This document shows, piece after piece, positions 53,940 through 64,000 of a stretch of DNA of 64,000 nucleotides. The notes beneath the pieces were generated by a model. It did not search any database, was not told the DNA's origin, and saw nothing but the letters and a program-made list of their open reading frames with translations. Made by a program: the position numbers and the translations under genes. Origin of the DNA: the human T2T-CHM13v2.0 reference genome, Homo sapiens; assembly GCF_009914755.1 (NCBI RefSeq), contig NC_060933.1; one strand, written 5' to 3'. Numbering within the stretch: the first letter of the stretch is position 1; the number at the start of each line of letters is the position of its first letter.

Positions 53940-55420
53940 GAAGGAAATGAGGGAATGGCTGTAAAGTGCTATCTCTTTGTCTATCTTAGGTATTATTTTC
54001 ATATAATAACCTGTTTTTTAGGTCACTGCATTTCTCCTTTATTTTGTATAAGTCACTTGACATTTCCCCTTGATTTCTCCTGCAAGTGAAAAGTAGAGAA
54101 TCAACCCAGCACAGGTAAGCTGTCACTAACAGAGGATGTGAAATCTCAAGCCCCAGGAATGAAATCCGGAGGGTTTGAACCCACCCTGTTTCCCCACCCC
54201 TGTATATGGGATTCAGGATGGTGTGCTTCACAGTGACACCCCCGAGACCTCATTGCCTTCTATTAGCATCCAGACTGGTCAGCTTCTCTCGTTAACATTT
54301 CACACTGAGCCTTCTGAATCCCCTTGATGACTTTTGCGTACACTAATTGAAGGCTTTACTTTAGAAGAGAAAAGATAATCAGCAATTTTTTTAACCTACT
54401 TTCGTGCTACCAGAAAAGCATTATGGATAAAAGCTTACCAGTATTTTACACAATTAATCATGTTGAACAAAATGATATGCCTCATATTTCTTGTTTATCT
54501 GTGCTTTTCTTCAAAACCAGAGATGGATATATAATTCTTCGTTAAGGGTGACTGAACTTTTTATAAAATTAATTGCTTTTCCAGAAATTTAGACTTTAAA
54601 AAAAATTTTTTTAAAGACTTAAAAATTTTTCAAATTCTGTCATCTTTGGGTGAGAATGAGTTTTTTGTAAAATCACATTGGGATCCCAAATATTTGCAGG
54701 TTATTTAAATCATGCTTTCCATATTTGTCTCTTGTATATGTTTTTATTCAAATACTTTAATGGAATTGGTTGGATTTGTTCGGCCTTTTACCTAAACAAA
54801 TTATCCTATGGCACGAAAACATTTTCTAGGTTATATAATACTTAGGAAATTGTCCTAAGGCTAAGAAGCTGGTCCTATTACAGTTTAAAAATATTTTTGT
54901 ATTCTTATCATGTCTAAAATAGCAAATCCTAATTTTTCTTACTTTTTGCCTTAATTTAGTAAAATTAAAACTTTTTTTCATGATTTCTCACATACATATT
55001 AATATTTGGATCTGTTTTCTTGCCATCCCTGACTCTCACCAAGCACTAGGTCTAAATGAACAATAGAGAAGTATAGCAAAAAAGTCTCCTGAACGTCAGG
55101 GGCACTAGATCCTAGTCTGGTTCTGTCACTGGGTGACGGTGGGAAGTTTTCCAAATTACTTTCATGCTTTGGGACTCAATGTTCTCGTCTGTAAAATAGT
55201 GTCTGGTGGATGATCTCCAAAGTCCTTCCAGATTTAACATTCTAGGCTGCTGGATGAAGCATTGCAGTCTCACCTTGTGATAGCAATGAAAACACTTTGC
55301 TTCCCGATATGAAACAATGAAGTTAACACATCACCTCTGACCTGTTAGGGACCCCCAAAAGACATGTTTCACCTCCTTTGTCTTCAAACAGGTACAGAGC
55401 TGTCATTCCCATTTTACTAC

Positions 55421-55776
55421 TGCTACAGACTGAATGTTTGTGTCCTTCTGAAAATTATATGTAAAGTCCTAATGTCCAAGGTGATGGTATTAGGAAGTGG
55501 GACCTTCAGGAAGCGATTAGGTCATGAGGGTGGAGCCCTCGTGAATGTAATTAATATCCTTATAAAAGTCAGCTCCTAGAGAACTCCCTTGCCCATTTGA
55601 TCACGTGAGGACACTGCAAGGAGATGAATAGAGGGCCCTCACCAGACACTAACTCTTCCAGTGCCTTGATCTTGGACTTCCCGGCCTCCAGAACTATGGG
55701 AAATAAATTTCTGTTGTTTATAAGCCTGTAAACAACTACGGTGTTTTTATTATAGCAGTCCAAACAGGCTAAGACA
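55421..55776 (+). mobile_element. MaLR solo LTR, MLT1A0-type, complete
   Basis: TGCTACAGACTGAATGTTTGTGTCC...GCTAAGACA, 356 bp; perfect 5-bp TSD ACTAC (55416-55420, 55777-55781). Confidence 0.92.
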
Positions 55777-55934
55777 ACTACCGAGAACAGGAACAAGGTA
55801 TCTAAGGTTTCTAGCCATGATTGATTCGAGGCCTGCCTGGGTAGCTTTCTCTGGATGGGCCAATATTTAAGAAATTAATTTTGTTTTCTGATTAATCAGT
55901 AATGCTAAAAAAAAAAAAAAGTCCAAATAGCCAA

Positions 55935-56175
55935 AGAGAATAACTAACATTTATTGCATGCTTACTACATACTAGACATTGTTCTAAAATCTTATCCGTA
56001 TTAAGTCATTTAATATCACAACAAGCCTATGAAGTAGACACTATTAGTCTCCCATTTTACACATGAGGAAACTGAGGCACGGTGATTAAGCAACTGATCT
56101 GAAATCACATGGCTCGGAAGTGGCAGAACTGGGATAAAAAACTGGGTGGTTTGCGCTCTTAATCCCTTGCTGAAG
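55935..56175 (-). mobile_element. MIR, near full length
   Basis: ctaacatttattgcatgcttact...cccattttacacatgaggaaactgaggcac. Confidence 0.85.
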
Positions 56176-56756
56176 ACATGAAAAGATATAGATCTTCTAC
56201 GTAATCAATAAAATGAAAACAAACTACATACTGTTTGTTTTAATCCATTAAGGCAGCAAAAATTTTAAAAATTTAAAAATTAGTAATAATATATAAAGTG
56301 GAGAAGTATAAAGGCAAATGGGTATTTTTCACATATTTCTGGTGGGGGTGTAGATGGGAATTGTAATACAAGTTGCTTTTTGTTTTTTGATGTCTTCCTA
56401 GAGTACCACACACTCATGTACAAGACTGCAGGATGTGATTAAATTGTAACAACTGAAAAAAAAAAATCACCTAGAGTTAGGGAGGGGAAACCAATCAAAT
56501 TGTTTCAGGGTCACTAGGGGTAGGGCCTGAGCATTGGTTTTATTTTAAAGCTCCTCACGTGATTCTAGTGCTCAACCCGGACTGCAAGTCTCTCAGTTCG
56601 GTGAAATATTACGCTTTTTTTCTTTTTTTACTGAGACATATCTATATGTAACTGATGTGGATAGCAAATTGCAGAATATGAATGGTATGATGTCATTTAT
56701 GTAGAAACAAAACAATACTGTGTAGTTCCATGGGCATATATACATATATGTGAGTA

Positions 56757-57075
56757 CAGTAGTCCCTCCTTAGCTGCAGTTTTGCTTTCTGAGGTTTCAG
56801 TTACCATGGTCAACCAAGGTCTGCAAATCTTAAATTAAAAATTCCAGAAATAAACAATTCACAAATTTTAATTGTGTGCCCTCTGGTTCCATCCCACCCA
56901 GGGCACAAATCATCCCTTTGTCCCGCCTACCCACCTTGCATCCACTATCCACCCATTATTATACAGGAAAAAGCACAGTGTATTTAGAGTTTGGTACTAT
57001 CCGCTGTTTCAGGGATCCACTGGGGGTCTTGGAACATATACCCCAAGAATAAGTGGGGATAAGGGGGAACCACTG
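56757..57075 (+). mobile_element. MER44A/Tigger7-derived MITE
   Basis: TA-CAGTAGTCCCTCCTTA ... ATAAGGGGGAACCACTG-TA; internal aaattccagaaataaacaattca and atccactgggggtcttggaac. Confidence 0.85.
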
Positions 57076-57464
57076 TATGTCCGAAATGTCTAGAGAGACG
57101 ATGCCAACGTGGCATGTGGTTAATTCTGGGTAGTCGGGAGAATAACTGGATTTGAGGATGGTGGTCAGATTTTAGCCTTATCAGTAATATTTTTAATGTC
57201 TTACAGGTAGATAAAAGTAAAATTAAAAAGAACTTATAGATATTTCAAAAATGGGGACATGAAAGCAATACAAATGTAGAAAAAATATAAAATACCACCT
57301 AGAAAAATAAATCATTAAAATTTTGGTCTATTTATTTCCTATATTTTGTCTATGCTTGCATATAAATTTATTTTAACCCTTTCCCCCAATTTTATATAAA
57401 ATAGAAATTATTTTATGTTGTTTTTTCCCTTGGCACAGGTTTTCTCCGTGGATGCTCCTGTAGC

Positions 57465-58322
57465 TTGTGCACCAATCCCCGATTTCCAGCCACCTCTCAC
57501 TGTGCCCCCATCCCCGATTTTCCAGCCACCTCTCACTGCGCCCCCATCCCCGATTCCCCAGCCACCTCTCGCTGCGCCCCCATCCCCAATTTCCAGCCAC
57601 CTCTCACTGTGCCCCCATCCCCGATTCCCCAGTCGCCTCTCTCTGTGCCCCCATCCCCGATTCTCCAGCCACCTCTCACTGTGTCCCAATCCCCAATTCC
57701 CCAGCCACCTCTCACTTTGCCCCCATCCCCGATTTCCCAGCCACCTCTCACTGCACCCCAATCTCCAATACTCCAGCCACCTGTCACTGTGTCCCTATCC
57801 CCGAGTCTCCAGCGACTTCTCACTGTGCCCAATCCCCAATTCTCCAGCCACCTCTCACTGTGCCCCCATCCCCGATTTCCAGCCACCTCTCACTGTGCCC
57901 CAATCCCCCATTCTCCAGCCACCTCTCACTGCGCCCCAATCCCCCATTCTCCAGCCACCTCTCACTGCGCCCCAATCCCCGATTCTCCAGCCACCTCTCA
58001 CTGCGCCCCAATCCCCCATTCTCCAGCCACCTCTCACTGCGCCCCAATCCCTGATTCTCCAGCCACCTCTCACTGCGCTCCAATCCCTGATTCTCCAGCC
58101 ACCTCTCACTGCGCTCCAATCCCCGATTTCCCAGCCACCTCTCATTGCGCCCCAATCCCCGATTCCCCAGCCACCTCTCACTGTGCCCCCATCCCCGATT
58201 CCCCAGCCACCTCTCACTGTACCCCATCCCCAATTTCCAGCCACCTCTCACCGTACCCCAATCCCCGATTCCCCAGCCACCTCTCACTGTACCCCAATCC
58301 CTGATTTTCCAGCCACCTCTCA
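57465..58322. repeat. 36-bp minisatellite (VNTR), 24 copies
   Basis: Consensus CAGCCACCTCTCACTGYGCCCCMATCCCCGATTCTC; core recurs at 57487, 57523 ... 58310 with spacing 36 (three spacings of 35, one of 34). Confidence 0.97.
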
Positions 58323-60999
58323 GGCCCTCCATGAAAGCCTGGGTAGGGGTGTGAGCTAGGGTGTGGTCCATAGCTGGGGTAGGGACCATAACATCACATG
58401 GATAATCGCTTATTGGGGTTTGCAGAATTCCCCTAGCCCAGCCAGAGGGCCTGGTATGATAGGGGATTTAAAGTGTTGGAAAACAGAAACCCGGAAACAA
58501 CTCCTTTTAGAGTATGAGTTTATGACTTGATTTTCACACACATTTTCACTCTGTGTGAAAGTAGGGGGTCACTCATGATTGACTTCATCCCCCCAAACGG
58601 GATGGAACTGTGCAAAAAAACAAGAACCAGCTTATATGATTGAAAAGGGAACAATCTGACATCGCTAACCCTCTAAGGGGCTGTGACTACTTCCAGTCTG
58701 CAGGTCCACAATTTAACTCAATTGGCGCACTGCAAAGTGTCTGTTCTGTGGCTTATTTCAAGCACCACACATGCTAATGAAGCAGCTCCTTTGTGCTAGG
58801 CACTGGGAAGGGCACAGGATGGAGACAAAATATTAAAGACCTTGTTGCTGGTCTTTGGCTCCTGTGGTCCAGAAGGGAAGATGTTTACATGAAGAGTCTT
58901 GATTCAAGGCAGATTGTGATGTGCACTGTCACTACCAGAGCCCTAATCAATCTGTCACACTTGAGTGTTATAATGGGAATAATAGGATGAAATTCTGCTA
59001 TCCTTACATTCATACACATGAAGGGAATGGGAGCCATTTTTCTAATTGGCTTGCATGGATTCATTCTTGAACTCAAAAAGAAGTCACAACCCTACTGTGG
59101 CTGGAATGTCCTCTCTATGTTCATTCATGGGGCTGTCTAGAGAAGTATGGCTGCATTTTAACTCCAGGTCAAGGGAGGCTAACATTAAATACAGCCCCTT
59201 AATACCTGGGAGGCTGTGTGAGTTTTAATCTTTCTGGACTCCATTTCCTCATCTGTTCTCTTTTGAGAAACAAATGAGTTAATGGATGTGAAAGCAGGTT
59301 CCACATTTTAAACAGCTATAGAAATGCCAGGCTGTTAAATAGATTTTCATCAGAGCTGCAGGTTTATCGAATGTTTATATTTAATCCTTGGAGACCCTCG
59401 CTTTTATTTGAAATGCAGTATTCATCTGCTCATTTTTTTGTGAGACTAATCTTTTTATCCAATGTCTTGAGTCTGTTTGCTAGAAAGCTGTCTAGGTGAC
59501 AATGTTAATATTCAAGAGCCAATCTGAAAACACTTTCCATCTAAGAAGTGTTAAAAATCACAAATGTGTATCTTTTTAAAAATTGACTTTATCCATTGTT
59601 TTACAACCTTGGTGAAAATATTGCCAGTTTTTAACATATGCCTGCTATGAATATTTCTGCTGCTCTTTCTTCATGGGTCTGAATGTAGTTCTTGATTTAT
59701 TCCTTTTAAATAACCTGGTAATCCCTGGAGGAATATCACAATCTATAAGTAGCACTATTTACAATAAGATGGATTTTCCTATCTTGCTAATTAGAGTATT
59801 AATTTCCATTTACAAGTGGTTAATTCCTAGCATCAATCCTTGTCCTGTCACTGGATGGGGTCATTATTTTCAGAGAAAGCCCCAGGAATGTCTTTTCTAG
59901 TCCAATCTTCAGTTATGTTACCACATAACAGAAAAGGAGAGGAGAAAAATAATGTCATTTCCTTGGTGTTAGACTAAGCAGGCATAAAATCACTTAGGTT
60001 TATTTAACACACTCTTCACACAAACAGAACTGCAGCAGTCTGGATTTCATCAGTTTCTCAAAATCATTTTGATTGTCCTCTCTGCTTTATCCTTCTACAA
60101 CCAAACCAAATCTCATCTGTGCACCAGGTATAAAAGCATTACCATCATCATTGCAATATGTATATTCCCATTCCACTCCCCTTGCAAATTTCACTCCATC
60201 TCCAGGTGTGAGAAGAAAATCGTGCAGCAAAAAAATTTCCCCACATGCTCTGTTTCTCTGCTTTGAACCCTCAGCCACAGCTGCCAGCAGGGGCACCTCA
60301 AGAGCTTTCAGGAATTCAATCAGTTCCTAGATAAGAGCATAACAAGATATTATCTTTCACACTGCTTTTCTCTATGACTTGGATTTTCTACTTATTGAGT
60401 AGTCTAATAATTTCCTTTCTGATGGGACACAGGGGAAACAAAACCATGAGGATGCTTCTAGGGCTGGAGTTCAGGAGTTTAGGAACCCCCACAAAACAGG
60501 CTGGCCCTTTCCCCTTGTCTCTTATTATTGGCTTCAGGACAATGGAGATCGGAGGATGATCAAGATGTAAAAAGCAGCAGAGACAAAAGTCAAGGTAAGG
60601 AATGTAAACCTGAGCTGTACAGAGGAGGACCCAGAATCCAGTGACCAGGCTGCAGTGATGGGCAGTGTTGGCCATAGGACACTGGTCCAGAGTCAGTTCT
60701 TGGAACCTATGTAGGCTTCTCATAACATTTCGTCTTTGTCCTCAAATTTCAGAGCAGGGACCAGGGACTTCAGAAGTCATCTAGTCTTTTCTTCTCTCTT
60801 GATTTGTAACTCACAGTTTTCAAGGCACAGGAATTCTAGATGTAAATAAGCCTAAAGAATGACCCATCCTACTTGGAGCAGGGGGACTGAGGGCTGAGGA
60901 GAGATGTTTTGAAGAACAGAATGGAACTAATGAAGGATTCAGTGTGTCTGAATGTTTTAATAGGAGTTTTACAGCTTGGTCAGAGAACTTGGGAAAAAA

Positions 61000-61480
61000 T
61001 TAATGATAAATACACAGAGAACTATGCAAATTTCTAAAAAGAGGCACTTACCAACTCTAAGAAAAAATGTACAAGAAAGGAAATGAAACCATAGTACACT
61101 CTATAGCTCAGCTGTAAGTGTAGTTTATAGGATCATGACATTGTAAACACTAAATAATGATCTAACCAAATATTGTAATGTGATTATGTTAGGAAGATGG
61201 GAGAAGAAGGGTGTGAATGGAGAGGCAGTGAGGAAGAGAAGTAAGTCAAAACTTCCTTAACAGGAATCTAATAGATGGTATCTAAAATGGAAGAAAAGAA
61301 CTATACCTTTTATTTCAAAATTGGAGGGTAAATTCAGAAGAAATCACTATACAATTTAAAGTGCTTGCTACTTGAGGTAGAGCAGTAGCCCTCTGGGGTA
61401 AAGACTTTTTTTTTTTTTTCCATAATAAATCTTGTAGTTCTACGTTAGAGGACATGGACTTTTTAAAGGATGTTTGTGCA
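61000..61480 (+). mobile_element. L1MC-type 3' UTR relic
   Basis: aaaccatagtacactctatagctcagctg...tgtaaacactaaataatgatctaaccaaa. Confidence 0.5.
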
Positions 61481-61489
61481 TTTTAAAGG

Positions 61490-61818
61490 GAGTCACTAGG
61501 ACTGTCCATAAATATTCAATGTGCTGTTGAACTTAGGTGATGCCAAGTGATGTGCTTTGGTTAATGAAATGGGCCTGGAAGTGGGGCTTCAAGAATGAGC
61601 ACACAATCCACCACTTTCCTTCTATCTTGGTGTTTGTGGATGATGGAGCTGGATTTTCCCTGCCCTGTGGTCCCTGTGTAAGAACAGCACAGAGCAGAGC
61701 CCTGCAGTCACCCTATGACTGACATGGAGTATGAGTAAAATGAGGGCTTTTGTAGTTTTAAGGCGTGGAAGGTGGATGTTTGCCAATGCTTATAACTTAG
61801 CATCTCTGACTGCTATAA
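61490..61818 (+). mobile_element. Old MaLR LTR (MLT1I/J-like)
   Basis: tgctttggttaatgaaatgggc...cagagcagagccc...gacatggagtatgagtaaaa...ttttaagg. Confidence 0.55.
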
Positions 61819-62090
61819 TCACTTCAATTAAAGTAGACTCAAGTAAAAAAGTGAAAAGATGAAAATAGCCAATTCTACCTATGTCACTGAGTGTGGAGCA
61901 AAGGGTGGAGAAATAAGAATCAGAAAAAACAACTGTGAAAAAGACTTCTAGGTATTTCACATATCATATATATATCTAAGCACACAGTGTATATACACAT
62001 AAACAGAAATTTCAAAATGCATAAATTATATAGTATTTTTATAACACTATAAATAGATAACACATGAATTATATATATACAAAACATGTA

Positions 62091-62150
62091 GATTATATAG
62101 TACATAATCTAGTAACATAACAACGTTACTAGATTATGTACTATATAATC
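62091..62150. repeat. Perfect 26-bp inverted repeat with 8-nt spacer
   Basis: GATTATATAGTACATAATCTAGTAAC ataacaac GTTACTAGATTATGTACTATATAATC. Confidence 0.95.
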
Positions 62151-62236
62151 AGATTATCTAGATTATCAGATTATCTAGATTATGTACTATATAATCTATT
62201 TTTTTATATATATAAATATACATAATTCTGCATATG

Positions 62237-62735
62237 TATATAGGCAGAATAATGGCCCTGAAAGATGTCCACTTCCTAACTTTTAGAACGTGGGAAATAT
62301 GGTACCTTACATGGCAAAAGAGACCTTGACAGGTATGACTAAGGTGAAGGACCTTGAAATGGGGGGATTATACTGGATTATTCTTGTGGGCCTAATCTAA
62401 TTACATGCATCCTGAAAAGCAGAGAACCGTTCTTGTCTGCAGAAAGCCAAAGAGATGGTTGTGTGAGATGGACTCTGTTTTCTGCTGCTGGCTTTGAAGA
62501 TAGAAGGGGCCACAAGCCAAGGGAAGCAATTGATGGCTAGATCTGAAAAAGGCAAATAAATGGATTTCCCACTACTGTCTCCAGAAAGAAATGTAGCCCT
62601 GACAACACCTTCATTTCAGCCTCATGAGATTGGTGTTGGAATTCTGACCTAAAGAATTCAAAAATACTAAATTTGCATTTTTTAAGTCACTAAGTTTGTG
62701 GTAATTTATTATGTCAACAATAGAAAACATCCACA
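62237..62735 (+). mobile_element. MaLR solo LTR, MLT1D/E-type
   Basis: taggcagaataatggccctgaaagatgtccac...accttacatggcaaaagagacc...taagtttgtggtaattt...caatagaaaac. Confidence 0.88.
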
Positions 62736-62883
62736 CACACACGCACACACATACACAAATTTTAATGGAAACCAAATTGGGATTTTGAAAAGTTAAATAT
62801 AAAATTAAAATTTTAAAAATTGTCAACATGTTTAGAAATAGAAATGGAATGCTTATAGCAGGCCTTAAAAATAAAAATATATT

Positions 62884-63308
<425 letters not shown>

Positions 63309-63894
63309 TCACCTGACATCTCTGGGCCTCAATTTTCTCATCTGTAGCAACAATAGAATAAAGATTAAGTACATGAACATGCTGTTACTATTTGTTTAGG
63401 ACAAACAAACCTATGTAATAGGTGATCATTAAATGCACCAAACCAGTAACAAAAACAACCTACTTCACTTGTGTGTGAGTCCCAATTCTACAACTTATTA
63501 ATTGTTTTAGTCATTTACTATTTATAATTCTCAACTTCTTCATATATTTATGGAGATAATAAGACCTTTTGCATTTGCTGTGATGGTCAAATGAGATAGT
63601 GTTTTAATAAACACACATAGAGAAATAATCTTTTTAGAGGCCAATACAACACTGAAATGGAGGGAGCAAGAGTGGAAGCTGGGAGACAAATTAGAAGGGT
63701 AGGGTTATATCAAGGAGAATGGCAATGTTGACTTTGGACAAGGATATAAACCTAGAAAGTCAACATGTTCATTATCTGGACAGATTGATTAAAATACTTC
63801 ACATCTCTGTGACCAACATCATATGGACATATATGAAAAGTCATGTCATAATTAGAATATCATGTGATGAATGTGGAATCAGGCCAAGGAGGAA

Positions 63895-64000
63895 TGTCAG
63901 TCCACTGAGGCTGCTATAACAAAATGCCATAGACTGGCTGGTTTCTAAAAAACAGAAGTTTATTTCTCACAGTTCTGGAGGCTGGGAAGTCTAAGATTGA
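63895..64000 (-). mobile_element. MaLR LTR 3' end (MLT1A-C/MST-type), cut by the window edge
   Basis: ggctgctataacaaaatgccatagactgg...tttatttctcacagttctggaggctgggaagtctaagat. Confidence 0.85.

Noticed and set aside
57465-58322. 36-bp repeats as a CRISPR array
   Set aside because: Units are contiguous with no unique spacers, there are no cas genes, and the context is eukaryotic.

Overview
Primate (most likely human) non-coding genomic DNA, either intergenic or deep intronic. I see no credible protein-coding exon, rRNA, tRNA or CRISPR array, and I could not identify the locus. The listed ORFs are short, often begin at non-ATG codons, or read through Alu, LTR or tandem repeats. Much of the window is interspersed repeat: 11 AluS/AluJ copies plus one monomer fragment, many MIR and L2 relics, L1PA/L1MA/L1ME fragments, MaLR/ERVL/ERV1 solo LTRs and Tigger/hAT MITEs. 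Several insertions retain readable target-site duplications (TSDs). Subfamily names come from memory of consensus sequences, and old-repeat boundaries are approximate. The notable non-repeat signals are: (1) a CpG-enriched promoter/enhancer-like segment at about 2040-2730 with MEF2, CRE, GC-box, CCAAT and TATA-like motifs; (2) several AT-rich, homeodomain/forkhead motif-dense blocks resembling conserved developmental enhancers, one carrying a three-hairpin cluster; (3) a 24-copy 36-bp minisatellite inside a stop-free, phase-0, 912-nt candidate exon; (4) a perfect 26-bp inverted repeat with a template-switch-like structure. I cannot demonstrate a new biological system here; these are testable candidates only.
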